Shown here: positions 17,452-28,028 of the stretch, one piece after another
How positions within the stretch are numbered: the stretch's first letter is position 1
How the letters are laid out: every line of letters begins with the position of its first letter
Source: Phycisphaerae bacterium
Lineage (GTDB): Bacteria; Planctomycetota; Phycisphaerae; UBA1845; Fen-1342
DNA: 64,000 nucleotides
Direction of reading: 5' to 3'
Assembly: GCA_963666925.2 (NCBI GenBank)
Contig: CAXXTC010000005.1
Span: 1 to 64,000, forward strand
Position numbers and translations under genes: made by a program
Notes under the pieces: model-generated
Database searches by the model: none
The model's input: the letters and a program-made list of their open reading frames with translations, nothing else
Told to the model about the DNA's origin: nothing

Positions 17452-18720
17452 TCACGGCACGCGGAACAATTCTCCCCGCTGAAGACATTGCGCCAACTCG
17501 GCGTAACGCTCGCGCAGATCCGCGTGCGTCGGCACAGACGCCAACGATCGGCGAATGCGCGTCGCCAGTGTCCCGGCAGCAAGCATGCGCCGCAACACCG
17601 GCGTCAACGTGGCTACCTCCGGCATAACCTGATCGAGCAACATCTTCCACAACTCCGCCGCGGTGCATGAGCCCCGCTCAACGCCCAGCGCCGCGAGCAA
17701 ACTCCGCTCGCGAACCTGCGCCAGCTCGCCATCCCTGATAATATCCAGCAAAACCGCGTGCAGCGCCGCCGTCGCGACGGCACACTGGCCGGCGTAGTCT
17801 GACCAGCGCTCATCAACCAGGGCGCGGACCACCTCAATAATCAACGCAGCCAGCGCCACGTCCGCCAGCGGGCACTCCTGAATATCCAACACGCGGATTT
17901 CGATCGCGCCACGATCAAATCGCGCCATCGCGCCGCGCGCGTTGGCAAACTCGTGCCGGAGAATGCCCTCGGGATCGAACGGACTCAAGTCGTCGTACAA
18001 CTTCCCCAGGATGTCGCGCTCGTACTCCCGGCGGGTGAAAATCGGCTCGGGCACCACCAGGCCAGCCATCATGGGAACACGATCAGAATTGGTCCGGTAA
18101 ACCTGCATGCGGTGACAAATGTGTGGCGTGTTCGCGCCGTCCGCGATCGGAGAGCTGGCCGCCAACGCCGGCAGCAGTGGCAAAATCAATCGCAGGGCCG
18201 CATGAAGCCGACCGAATTCCTCGTCGTTCGCAAACGGCAGATTGATGTGCGTGCTTTGCAGGTTGCCCCACCCGTGGCCCCGGCAGCCAAAGATGCGGTC
18301 ATACGTCCGATAGATCTCGTTGCACTCGTGTGGCCAGAGCTTCGTTTCGCGAGCAGGATCCATCCACGGGTGCATCGCCGTCGGCAGCAGTTCGCAGCCC
18401 AGCGGATCGAGCAACCCGTTGATTCGTTGCACGCTCGTCTGGAAATACTCGTCGAGATGATCGAGCGATTTGGCCGGCCGTTGAGTTTTCAGTTCGACCA
18501 CATGCAGCGTAAGTTCGTTTGACCAGGAGACCTGGCCGGTGGGTCCGTCCGGCTCGACTTCGGACGTGGCCTGGCCGGTGGCGCGCCGAAAGAGCTCATC
18601 GCAGACCGGGCGAACGTTCAACGTCTCGCGGTCGACGATCATGTACTCGAGCTCGAGCCCGACCGCGTCGAACAGGCCCAGCGGGTATGACCAGGTATCT
18701 GATTCCGTCGATTCACTCAT
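17452..18720 (-). CDS. glutamate--cysteine ligase family 2 (GCS2/YbdK-like) carboxylate-amine ligase
   Basis: GLELEYMIVD, NELTLHVVELK, LLPTAMHP, NLQSTHINLPF, IEIRVLD. Confidence 0.85.
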   Translation of the reverse strand: MSESTESDTWSYPLGLFDAVGLELEYMIVDRETLNVRPVCDELFRRATGQATSEVEPDGPTGQVSWSNELTLHVVELKTQRPAKSLDHLDEYFQTSVQRINGLLDPLGCELLPTAMHPWMDPARETKLWPHECNEIYRTYDRIFGCRGHGWGNLQSTHINLPFANDEEFGRLHAALRLILPLLPALAASSPIADGANTPHICHRMQVYRTNSDRVPMMAGLVVPEPIFTRREYERDILGKLYDDLSPFDPEGILRHEFANARGAMARFDRGAIEIRVLDIQECPLADVALAALIIEVVRALVDERWSDYAGQCAVATAALHAVLLDIIRDGELAQVRERSLLAALGVERGSCTAAELWKMLLDQVMPEVATLTPVLRRMLAAGTLATRIRRSLASVPTHADLRERYAELAQCLQRGELFRVP

Positions 18721-20162
18721 GGTGTGTCGAGTTTCGCCAGGAAATGCCGCATGACGCGGCGATACAACTCATCACCGAGCGCCGCGTCCTCCACACCGGC
18801 ATCAATATTGGGGTTGTCGTTAACCTCGATTACGACGGGCTTGTCGCGCACGATCTTGATGTCGACGCCATAGAGGCCGTCGCCCATTAGGGCGGCAGCG
18901 CGCACAGCCAGCTTGATGACGTCGGCCGGTGCATCCTCCACCAGCAGCGTTTCGGCGTTACCCTCGTGGATGCCGTCCTCGTCGCGTTTGACGATCTGCC
19001 AGTGGTCGGGCGCCATCCCGTAGCGGCAGGCGAAGATCGCCCGCCCGCCGAGCACGCCGATGCGCCAATCAAACTCCGTAGGTACGTATTCCTGCGCTAC
19101 GAGAAGATCGCTGTGCTCGAAGAAGTCGGCGAGCATTTCCTCGGCATCGGAAGCCGTGTCGACCCGCGACACGCCGACCGAGAAGGCGCCGTCCGGACGC
19201 TTCAGCACGCAGGGGAAGCCAAGCGAATGAAGTCCGGCGAGCGCGTTGTCCTCCGCGAGGATCAACGTCCTGGGGGTAGCGATGCGGTGGCGCGCCATCG
19301 TCTCCACCAGGAACACCTTGTTCGTACAGCGCCGGATTGAGCCGGGGTCGTCGATGACCACCATGCCCTCCGCCTCCGCCCGACGCGAGAGCCGATATGT
19401 CCGATGATTCACATGGGTTGTCTCCCGGATGAACAAGGCATCGTACTCGGCGATTCGGCCATACAGTTCCTTGCCGATCAGGTCGCAGGCGATGCCGAGC
19501 TCTTCGCCGGCAGCAACAAACTTGTTCAGCGCCGCGGTATTCGATGGCGGCAGCGCGTCATCCGGATCGCGGACAATGGCGAGGTCGAACCGCGCGGGCG
19601 TGCTGGTCTTGCTCCGCTTGGGGACGCGTTTCAGGTAGCGTTTGGCCTGCTCGACGACAAACGGGTAGTGCGCATCGGGAACGTCGCCCAGGCCGATCAC
19701 ACGCACCGCGGTCAATCGCCAGGTACCGTTGCGTTCGAACTTCGCCCGCAGCAGTGGTGCCGGAAACGCGTTGAAAATCGCCATGGCGAGCCGCTCATGA
19801 CCGGCGGCGAGATTGTGACCGAAGTAGATGCTGAGCTCAAACGTCTCGGACTTGATGCGACGGAGGCCGGACTGGATCAGCTCCTCCAAATCGTGCGATA
19901 CGAGCCTGACGACGGGCCCGAGTCGCAGGTCCTGGATCGCGGTCAGCGAGGGCAGTGGCCGATGTCCGCGGGCTTCCGCCAGCAGGGACACGTAATAGCC
20001 GGCCGCCTGGTACCGGAATGATCGGCAGAGGTTAAACACCTTGCGACCGCTGCCCTGGGCGTATTGCGGCTGCGACAGGTAGGCGTATGACGAGACAAGT
20101 TCTGTGCCGGGCACCTTGAGTGGCCAGCGTTTGGGTGAATCTACCACGAGCAGCGGTGTCAT
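18717..20162 (-). CDS. RimK-family ATP-grasp ligase with an N-terminal RLAN domain
   Basis: NLCRSFRYQAAGYYVSLLAEARGH, LFIRETT, CTNK, QEYVPTEFDWRIGVL, YGVDIK, IEVNDNP. Confidence 0.9.
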   Translation of the reverse strand: MTPLLVVDSPKRWPLKVPGTELVSSYAYLSQPQYAQGSGRKVFNLCRSFRYQAAGYYVSLLAEARGHRPLPSLTAIQDLRLGPVVRLVSHDLEELIQSGLRRIKSETFELSIYFGHNLAAGHERLAMAIFNAFPAPLLRAKFERNGTWRLTAVRVIGLGDVPDAHYPFVVEQAKRYLKRVPKRSKTSTPARFDLAIVRDPDDALPPSNTAALNKFVAAGEELGIACDLIGKELYGRIAEYDALFIRETTHVNHRTYRLSRRAEAEGMVVIDDPGSIRRCTNKVFLVETMARHRIATPRTLILAEDNALAGLHSLGFPCVLKRPDGAFSVGVSRVDTASDAEEMLADFFEHSDLLVAQEYVPTEFDWRIGVLGGRAIFACRYGMAPDHWQIVKRDEDGIHEGNAETLLVEDAPADVIKLAVRAAALMGDGLYGVDIKIVRDKPVVIEVNDNPNIDAGVEDAALGDELYRRVMRHFLAKLDTP

Positions 20163-20977
20163 CAGTGTTTCCGCTTATTGGTTTTATCGCCGGTGGGCTC
20201 GATCACGAGCAGGTTGGCGTCGTAGGTCAGCACGCCGAGCATGATGGCGGGAACCAGGCGCGCCATCGACACGGTGTACTGTTGCGATTCGAATCCGGGA
20301 TTGTCCTCGAGTGGGTCCGCGACCGTAACCTCGCGTCCCCTTGAATCGTAGCCGTGGAGCACCACGAAGTGTCCGGCCGGAATTCCGCGGATGTCGTCAT
20401 AATCATCGGCGGGCCCGAACTCGCGTGCGCAGCGGTACAGGTAGGTGGCGCTGAGCCCGGTTAGGACGGGTATGCCGTCGCGGATGAACCCGGAGATGAG
20501 CCGGCTGGTCAGATCGCGGAAACAGATCGAGCCGCCGAGTCGGATGAACTCCAGGTAGGAGGCCGTCGCGACACGGAAACGGGCGTCATCGTTACTCTTG
20601 GCCGCGACCTGCATTCTCAGCTTGGGCTCCAGCCGGGCGGCGGAGACGGTGCCGTCCTTGCCGAACCAAGTCGGATCGAAGACTTGCAGGTTGAAGGTGT
20701 AGAGCGTGGCCTGGTATCCGCGCGTCAGCGCGTGGATGCCGAGCATGACCGCGAGCGTTCCGCGACCCGCGCCCGCAACGTTCAGCGACCGCGCCGAGTC
20801 GATCACATCTTCCAGCTCAATGTCATCGCCCCAGTAGCGATAGACCGCGTGCAGGCACGTCGGGCCACAGGTCTCGTCATTCGGCTGGGGAAGCATGCGA
20901 ATCGGCAGAACTGCCGGCGACAGAGCCCGGCGCTGACGCTCCGAAGGCGGATCCGTTCTCGAATCCTTGTCCACCAT
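20162..20977 (-). CDS. C39-like cysteine peptidase
   Basis: QPNDETCGPTCL, GHFVVLHGYD, VADP (Q-C-H-D catalytic set). Confidence 0.85.
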   Translation of the reverse strand: MVDKDSRTDPPSERQRRALSPAVLPIRMLPQPNDETCGPTCLHAVYRYWGDDIELEDVIDSARSLNVAGAGRGTLAVMLGIHALTRGYQATLYTFNLQVFDPTWFGKDGTVSAARLEPKLRMQVAAKSNDDARFRVATASYLEFIRLGGSICFRDLTSRLISGFIRDGIPVLTGLSATYLYRCAREFGPADDYDDIRGIPAGHFVVLHGYDSRGREVTVADPLEDNPGFESQQYTVSMARLVPAIMLGVLTYDANLLVIEPTGDKTNKRKH

Positions 20978-21306
20978 TCAAAACGACCTCGAGGAGCGCC
21001 GCTCCCGCGTGGCTCCACGCGCCTGGCGCCTCTGGCGACCCAACGCGGATCGCTAACTCAGGGCGGCCAGTTGTTGCATACTGACGATGTCCACCTCGAC
21101 GCCCGGCAGGCGACGCAACCAGCAGGAGTGGGCATCCAATATGCGCGCGGGATTCTATTCCCGCCAACCCCGCATCACCAGCGGCGGAGAAACAAATCGC
21201 CGGGGTCATCAGCGGCTGACAAGCGTCTGCCGTAGCGACACCGGGCCGCTTGACCCGGGCGCTGCGCAGGCACGAGAATGTTGCCCAGGGATAATCGCCG
21301 GGATAC

Positions 21307-21987
21307 TTGGCAACTGCGCAGAATGGACCGTCAACCGTGCCCGAACTTGCTCCGCACACCCCCGCCCTGGTCTGCTTCGACCTCGGGCGGGTGCTGATTC
21401 GCATCGCCGACAATTGGCGCGACGCCTGCCAGGCGGCGGGCGTCGCACCGCCTCCACAGCTCGACGAACCAACGACCCTGGCGCAGTTGCACGAGATCAT
21501 GGAGCAGGCCGGCGTCGGCAACCTAGATGCCGAGGATACGTTCCGGCGAATCGCAACCATCACCCCCTTCAGCCCGGACGAAGTTCGGCTCATCTCGGCC
21601 AACTGGCTGCGCGGGCCGTTCCCGGGCACCGGCGAGTTGCTGGTCGAGGTCTCCGCGACCAATCTCCACACCGCCTGTCTCTCCAACACCAACGATCATC
21701 ACTGGCAGCTCATCCTCACCCGCTCCGATCCCAACTACCTGCCGCTGGAACAACTCGATTATCGTTTCGCCAGTCACCTCGTCGGGCACGCCAAGCCCAA
21801 TCCCGAGATCTACGCGTGCGTCGAACAGATCACCGGCATCGATCCGCGCGCGATCATCTTCTTCGACGACACGCCGGAACATTGCCAGGCCGCCCGCGCG
21901 CGCGGCTGGCAAGCGCAGCTCATCGAGCGTAACAGCAATCCCATAGCGCAAATGTGCAACCACCTCCGCACCGCGGGCGTGCTGTAA
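21307..21987 (+). CDS. HAD-family hydrolase
   Basis: FDLGRVL, LSNTN, KPNPEIY, FFDD. Confidence 0.85.
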   Translation: MATAQNGPSTVPELAPHTPALVCFDLGRVLIRIADNWRDACQAAGVAPPPQLDEPTTLAQLHEIMEQAGVGNLDAEDTFRRIATITPFSPDEVRLISANWLRGPFPGTGELLVEVSATNLHTACLSNTNDHHWQLILTRSDPNYLPLEQLDYRFASHLVGHAKPNPEIYACVEQITGIDPRAIIFFDDTPEHCQAARARGWQAQLIERNSNPIAQMCNHLRTAGVL

Positions 21988-22095
21988 CCGCTCCGTCCGA
22001 CCAGCCCTGCTCCAAACCCGCTCAGCTTGTAGCCAATCAACCCGCGTCGTAGGATGGTTCGCCAAGTTCAGTCCCCCAGCCGCGCGGAGCAGACC

Positions 22096-23955
22096 ATGTC
22101 CCACCTTACCCGCGTCCGCCACCCGATCTGGGTCCGAGGCGACCTGGACGGCTTCTTCGGCCTGATGGTCGACAACCTGGTCCAGGTGCTGTTCATCATC
22201 AACCTGTGCAAATTCATGTGCGGGTTGCCCGACGAGCTCATCTACCAGCGCATCCTGCCCGGCGTCGCCATCAGCCTGCTCGTCGGCAACATTTTCTACG
22301 GGCTCCAGGCTCGCTGGGTCGCCCGCCGCTTCAACAACCCGGGTTGCACCGCCCTGCCTTATGGAATCAACACGCCATCGGTCATCGCCTACGCCTATTT
22401 CATCATGGCGCCGGTCTATCAACTCACCGGCGATGGCCACCTGGCCTGGATGGCCGGACTGCTGGCCTGCCTGGTCAGCGGCGTCGTCGAGTTTGCGGGT
22501 GCGTTCGTGGCCGAGCGGCTGCGGCGCGTGACGCCGCGGGCCGCGCTGCTGGGCGTGCTGGCAGCTATCGGCATCACCTTCATCGCCGCCGACTTTGCCT
22601 TCCGCATCTACACCCGGCCTCTGGTGGGCGTGTTGCCGCTGGTATTCCTGCTTCTGGCCTATTTCGCCCGTTACCAATTCCCCTTCCGGCTACCCGGCGG
22701 GTTGCTCGCGGTGCTGTTCGGCTGCGTGATTGCGTGGGGGCTGACCGCGGTCGGCGGCGATTGGTTCGGCTCAGTGAAGATGGACCCCGGCGCCGTCAAG
22801 GCCGCCCTCAGTAGCGAACAGGTCCACTGGACTGCGCCGACCTTCTGCGGGCAGGAAATCTGGAACCTGTTGCGAGAGCAACCCCGGCTCGTGCTGCTCT
22901 ACCTGACCGTCTCCATACCCATGGGCATTATCAACGTGCTCGGCTCACTACAGAACATCGAGTCGGCCGAGGCTGGCGGCGACCGCTTCCCCACCGGACC
23001 CTCGCTGGCCGTCAACGGCATCGGCACCATCGCCGCCGGTCTGTTCGGATCCTGCTTCCCGACGACGATCTACATCGGCCACCCCGGCTGGAAAGTGCTC
23101 GGCGCCAAATCGGGCTACTCGATCCTCAACGGCCTGTTCTTCACCGCGATCTTCCTCTTCGGCCTAGGACCCTTCCTGCAAGCACTCATACCGATCGAAG
23201 CTGGCGCGGCCATCGTCGTCTACATCGGCATCATCATCACCGCCCAGGCCTTCCAGGCCACGCCCAAGGAACACGCGCCATCGGTCGCGATCGCGCTCTT
23301 CCCGGCCCTGGCGGCAATCATCGTCGTTCGGCTCGGGCTGTACTTCGCCTACCCTGGCATAGACGTCACGCTGGCCGACGTGCTACGAAACCCCGGCCCA
23401 ACCACCCCCTACATCGCCGGCCTGCTGACGCTGACTGGGGCCAATTCCGGCTGGATCATCGTCACGCTGGCGCTGACCGCCATCGGAGCCGCCCTGACCG
23501 ACCACAAGTACAAGGCCGCCGTCGTCTGGTGTGCGGCCCTCGCCGTGCTGACCTTCATCGGTGCCACGCACGCCTACCGAATCGAGGGCAACGTCGTCCA
23601 CGAGTATTTCATCTGGCAGCAGGCTGACTGTTTCCATTTGCAGGCCGGCGCAGCGGCCACCGCTACCGCCCCGGCCAACCAGTCGACGGCGGTGGCATAT
23701 CGCGCGTTTCCGATCGCGATGGGATATGCGCTGGCCACAGTGCTCTTCGCATTGGTGGCGTGGGGGCGACGTCCGGCGGCGCCGCCTGTTGCCGCACCCC
23801 AGCCCATCCGTACACCGCCACCCGCGCCGAATGTGCCTGGCCCGACTACAATCCCCCCAACCGAGCCGACCATGACACCGTTGACCGCCGCCGGCCTTCA
23901 CCAGGCCGAGCCGGCCCGACCAGGAGGCGTTGATGGACCTGAAGACCCGCGTTGA
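22096..23955 (+). CDS. NCS2/AzgA-like purine permease
   Basis: GDLDGFFGL, TALPYGINTPS, NIESAEAGGD, YIGHPGWK; overlaps the adenine deaminase gene. Confidence 0.85.
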   Translation: MSHLTRVRHPIWVRGDLDGFFGLMVDNLVQVLFIINLCKFMCGLPDELIYQRILPGVAISLLVGNIFYGLQARWVARRFNNPGCTALPYGINTPSVIAYAYFIMAPVYQLTGDGHLAWMAGLLACLVSGVVEFAGAFVAERLRRVTPRAALLGVLAAIGITFIAADFAFRIYTRPLVGVLPLVFLLLAYFARYQFPFRLPGGLLAVLFGCVIAWGLTAVGGDWFGSVKMDPGAVKAALSSEQVHWTAPTFCGQEIWNLLREQPRLVLLYLTVSIPMGIINVLGSLQNIESAEAGGDRFPTGPSLAVNGIGTIAAGLFGSCFPTTIYIGHPGWKVLGAKSGYSILNGLFFTAIFLFGLGPFLQALIPIEAGAAIVVYIGIIITAQAFQATPKEHAPSVAIALFPALAAIIVVRLGLYFAYPGIDVTLADVLRNPGPTTPYIAGLLTLTGANSGWIIVTLALTAIGAALTDHKYKAAVVWCAALAVLTFIGATHAYRIEGNVVHEYFIWQQADCFHLQAGAAATATAPANQSTAVAYRAFPIAMGYALATVLFALVAWGRRPAAPPVAAPQPIRTPPPAPNVPGPTTIPPTEPTMTPLTAAGLHQAEPARPGGVDGPEDPR

Positions 23956-25654
23956 AATCGCCGCCGGTCGCCAGCCGGCCGACCTCGTTCTCAAGAACGG
24001 CCGGATCGTGAACGTCTATTCCAGCGAAGTGCACGACGGCGACGTGGCGATTGCGGGCGGGCGCGTGGTCGGCATCGGCGCGTACGAGGGGCGTGATGTC
24101 GTCGATGTCAGCGGGCAATTCATCTGTCCGGGCTTCATCGACGGACACATCCACATCGAATCGTCCATGCTCAGCGTGTCCGAGTTCGCCAAGGTGGTGG
24201 TCCCACACGGCACCGCCGCCGTCATCACCGACCCCCACGAAATCGCGAACGTGCTGGGCACCGATGGCATCCGCTACATGCTGTCATCGAGCAAGCATTG
24301 TCCGATCTACGTATACGTGATGGCCAGTTCGTGCGTGCCGGCCTCGCGCTTCGAGAGCAGCGGGGCCGACCTCGACGCCGTCGATCTGCTGCCGCTTCTC
24401 AGCGACCGCTGGGTATTGGGGCTGGCGGAGATGATGGATTTCCCGGGTGTCGTCGCGGGCAACGAAACCTGTCTCGATAAGCTGACCGTCGCCGCCCAAC
24501 ACCCCATCGACGGCCACGCCCCGGGACTAACCGGGCGCGACCTGTGCGCTTACGTGACCGCCGGCATCGGCAGCGACCACGAGTGCACCACGCTGAAAGA
24601 AGCGGAGGAAAAACTGCGGCTTGGCATGTCCATCATGATTCGCGAGGGCAGCCAGGCGCACAACCTCGACGCGCTGCTGCCGCTCGTGCGTCCGGAAACG
24701 GTCGACCGCTTTATGCTCGTCACCGACGACAAGGACGTCGAGGACCTGCTCGGCCAGGGGCACGTCGATCATCTCCTGCGCCGCGCGATCGCCGGCGGGC
24801 TGAACCCGGTCCACGCCATCAAGCTGGCGACGCTCAATCCGGCACGTTATTTCGGCCTGCCCGATCTCGGTGCGGTAGCCCCCGGCAAACTGGCCTGCCT
24901 GGCAATCCTGGAAGACCTCGAATCATGCCGGGTTACGCGCGTTTACCAGGCCGGCCGGCTGGTCGCCGAGGATGGCGTCGCGATCGACCCCGATGCCGGC
25001 CGGCGGCGCAAGCACATCCTGCGCAGCTCGATCAACGTGCACTGGCTCGAGCCGACGCATTTCGCCATCAAGGCGCCGGGGCCAGACCCCTGCGACGTGC
25101 ACGCCATGGAAGTTACCGACGGCAGCCTCGAAACCAAGCGGCTGCGCGAGCGCATCACTCCCGCCAACGGGCTGCTGCCCGCCGACCCGCAGCGCGACCT
25201 GTGCAAGGTGGCCTGCATCGAACGCCACCAGGCCAGCGGCAACACCGGCCTCGGCTTCGCCCGCGGCTTCGGTATGCGCAGCGGTGCGATCGCATCGTCA
25301 GTCTGTCACGATTCGCACAACCTGCTCGTCGCCGGCGTGAACGACTTCGACATGTACACTGCCGCCGTCCACCTCGTGAAAATCCGCGGCGGGTTCTGCG
25401 TAGTCAAGGATGGGCAAGTGCTGGCGGACGTGCCGCTGACCATCGCCGGCCTGATGAGCGAAACCGACGCGCAATCCCTCAGCGCACAACTCAAACGCCT
25501 GCACGAGGCCGCCCAGCAGCTCGGCATCAAGCTGCGCCGCCCGTTCATGGCGCTGTCGTTCCTGAACCTCTCCGTTATCGGATCACTCAAGCTCACCGAC
25601 CAGGGGCTGGTCGACGTCGACCGCTTCGAGCTGATCGACCTGATCGCACCGTAA
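23930..25654 (+). CDS. ade: adenine deaminase
   Basis: [40 protein letters not shown]. Confidence 0.95.
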   Translation: MMDLKTRVEIAAGRQPADLVLKNGRIVNVYSSEVHDGDVAIAGGRVVGIGAYEGRDVVDVSGQFICPGFIDGHIHIESSMLSVSEFAKVVVPHGTAAVITDPHEIANVLGTDGIRYMLSSSKHCPIYVYVMASSCVPASRFESSGADLDAVDLLPLLSDRWVLGLAEMMDFPGVVAGNETCLDKLTVAAQHPIDGHAPGLTGRDLCAYVTAGIGSDHECTTLKEAEEKLRLGMSIMIREGSQAHNLDALLPLVRPETVDRFMLVTDDKDVEDLLGQGHVDHLLRRAIAGGLNPVHAIKLATLNPARYFGLPDLGAVAPGKLACLAILEDLESCRVTRVYQAGRLVAEDGVAIDPDAGRRRKHILRSSINVHWLEPTHFAIKAPGPDPCDVHAMEVTDGSLETKRLRERITPANGLLPADPQRDLCKVACIERHQASGNTGLGFARGFGMRSGAIASSVCHDSHNLLVAGVNDFDMYTAAVHLVKIRGGFCVVKDGQVLADVPLTIAGLMSETDAQSLSAQLKRLHEAAQQLGIKLRRPFMALSFLNLSVIGSLKLTDQGLVDVDRFELIDLIAP

Positions 25655-25693
25655 GCATCAACGCCCAAGTACCGATCAAGTCAGCGCCGAAAG

Positions 25694-26725
25694 CTACTCG
25701 GTTCCCTTGTTGGATGATCGCTTCTCCAGCGCCCGTTTGCCGCGGGGGTGGCAGCGGTCGTGAATCTCGCGCAGCCGCCGGGTTTGCACGTGTGTGTAGA
25801 TCTCCGTGGTCGCGATGCTGGCGTGGCCGAGCAATTCCTGCACGACGCGCAGGTCGGCCCCACCTTCGAGCAGGTGGGTAGCGAAGCAGTGCCGCAGCGT
25901 GTGTGGGCTGACCTTGCCACTGATACCCAACCGGCGTGCTTCGCGGCGCACCATTCGCCAGACGGACATACGATCCAGCGGCCCGCCACTGCGCGAGAGA
26001 AACAGCGGAATCGTCGCCGCCACGCGATCGCTGATCGGCAACCCCCAGTACCCGTGCCGGGCGCCCTGGTCGAGCAACCGGGGGCGCAGCGTTTCTAGGT
26101 ATACCTCGAGGCGGTCCAACGCCTTTTGCCCCACCGGCAGGACGCGCTCCTTGCTACCCTTACCCACACAGCGCACGTAGCCCGCCTTGAGGTTCAGATC
26201 GCCCATCCGCAGGTTGCACAGCTCGCTCACGCGCAGGCCGCTGGCGTAGAACAGCTCGAGCATGGCGGTGTCGCGGGCGGCCAGCGGACGATCCGGATCG
26301 GGCGCGGTCACCAGCGTCGCCACCTGGTCGAGGTTGAGTGTCTCCGGCAAGCGCTGCCACTTCTTGGGCAGCACGACCAAGGACGTGAGATCCTCTTTCA
26401 CCTGGTGCGTCAGGTGCAGCCAGCGCAGCCACATCCGCAGGGCCACCACGCGTCGCGACAGCGACGTCTCCTTGTGCCCCAGTCGGCTCTGCTCGACCAT
26501 GTAATCCTGGATCAACTGGGCGTCGATCCGCGACCAGTCGTCCACCCCGCGGCGGCGCAGAAAATCCCCAAAACGCTCCAGGTCACGCCGATAGGCGGAT
26601 ATGGTGTTGGCCGACAGCCCCAGCTCGACGTTCTGGTACACGCGAAAGGCTGCCAGCGTGCGCAGAAACGCTGGCGTACACGAAAGTTGGAGTTTGCGTC
26701 GAGTGGATTGGGGGGTAGTGGACAT
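25694..26725 (-). CDS. xerD: site-specific tyrosine recombinase XerD
   Basis: [60 protein letters not shown]. Confidence 0.85.
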   Translation of the reverse strand: MSTTPQSTRRKLQLSCTPAFLRTLAAFRVYQNVELGLSANTISAYRRDLERFGDFLRRRGVDDWSRIDAQLIQDYMVEQSRLGHKETSLSRRVVALRMWLRWLHLTHQVKEDLTSLVVLPKKWQRLPETLNLDQVATLVTAPDPDRPLAARDTAMLELFYASGLRVSELCNLRMGDLNLKAGYVRCVGKGSKERVLPVGQKALDRLEVYLETLRPRLLDQGARHGYWGLPISDRVAATIPLFLSRSGGPLDRMSVWRMVRREARRLGISGKVSPHTLRHCFATHLLEGGADLRVVQELLGHASIATTEIYTHVQTRRLREIHDRCHPRGKRALEKRSSNKGTE

Positions 26726-26966
26726 CTACGCACGCTTCCTTGCGATTATGACCGGGCGTTCCGCGCCCGCGGGCAGTCTACCGCGCCGCCGCCCCACCGG
26801 GCCACTGCCGACAGCGTTGCCACAAGCGGAATTCGGCTGGTCGCCGCCTGCCGCTGCGGTTATCTTGGAAGCTCCAGCCTGCTGTATGCGTGGACGCGGG
26901 CGATCACGGTGACTTGCTGACCGACCACATGGAGGTGGCGGCGCAACCAGCCCAGGAGGTGGCCAT

Positions 26967-28028
26967 ATGCGCTATAGCCGACGACGCAAGAAGCGACGCA
27001 ACCGCATTCTCCTCTTCGCCGTTCTGATCGTGGGTGGGGCAGCCGGCGGATGGTGGTGGTTCTCATCCCCCGATAGTGAGTCCCAGGTCCAGGCCGACGC
27101 CCTGGCAAGCGAATCGACCGAGGCCCCGCCGCCGGCGGAAACCACCCCGGCCGGACGTTCCCAACTGGCCGCCAGCGAAGAGATCATCAAGCCGGCCGAT
27201 CCGCAGCCCGGCCAGACGCCGACATCGACCACCCCCGACGATCCCACCGCGGCTCGCACGCATGATGAGACCCGCAGCGGCCACGTCGCCATCGAAGCAG
27301 CCCGGCACAATCTCGAAGCCGGCAAAATCATCGAAGCCCGCCACGCACTCAACGCCCTGTTGGCCCGCCAACTCGAACGCAACGAGGCGGTCGAGGTCCG
27401 CAGCCTGCTGACGCGTATTGCCGACGACACCATCTTTGGCCCGCGCATCGTGCCGAACGACCCCATGGTCGAAACCTACTCGGTCCAGTCCGGCGATGTG
27501 CTGCTGCGAATCGGCAAGCGCTGCCACGTGCCGGCCGAAGGCCTGATGCGCATCAACGCCATCCGCGACGCCCGCCTAATCCGGGCCGAACAGTTGCTCA
27601 AGCTCCCGCGTGGCCCGTTCAACGCGAAAATCTACAAGTCCGACTTCCGCCTGGATCTCCACCTCGGCGATCTGTACGTCCGCAGCTATCGCGTCGGGCT
27701 GGGCAGTGAAAACAGCACCCCCGAAGGCGTATGGAAAGTCAAGGATCGCCTCAAGAACCCGACCTACTACCCCTCCGCCTCCAACCCCAACAAACGCATC
27801 ATCCCCGCGGACGATCCTGAGAATCCGCTCGGCGAACGCTGGATCGGCCTGCAAGGCGTCGAGGGCGCAGCGGTCGGACGCGTCGGCTACGGCATCCACG
27901 GCACCATCGCGCCCGAGACCATCGGCCAGGCCGCCTCGCTGGGCTGCATCCGTATGCGTAACGATGACATCGAATTCCTGTACGACCTGCTGCTGCCCGG
28001 CCAGTCGACGGTGACTATCCTGCCGTGA
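26967..28028 (+). CDS. L,D-transpeptidase (YkuD) with a LysM domain and N-terminal membrane anchor
   Basis: YSVQSGDVL (LysM); YGIHGT..ASLGCIRM. Confidence 0.9.
   Translation: MRYSRRRKKRRNRILLFAVLIVGGAAGGWWWFSSPDSESQVQADALASESTEAPPPAETTPAGRSQLAASEEIIKPADPQPGQTPTSTTPDDPTAARTHDETRSGHVAIEAARHNLEAGKIIEARHALNALLARQLERNEAVEVRSLLTRIADDTIFGPRIVPNDPMVETYSVQSGDVLLRIGKRCHVPAEGLMRINAIRDARLIRAEQLLKLPRGPFNAKIYKSDFRLDLHLGDLYVRSYRVGLGSENSTPEGVWKVKDRLKNPTYYPSASNPNKRIIPADDPENPLGERWIGLQGVEGAAVGRVGYGIHGTIAPETIGQAASLGCIRMRNDDIEFLYDLLLPGQSTVTILP

Noticed and set aside
25694..26725. Second integrase marking another island
   Set aside because: It has canonical XerD motifs and sits among housekeeping genes
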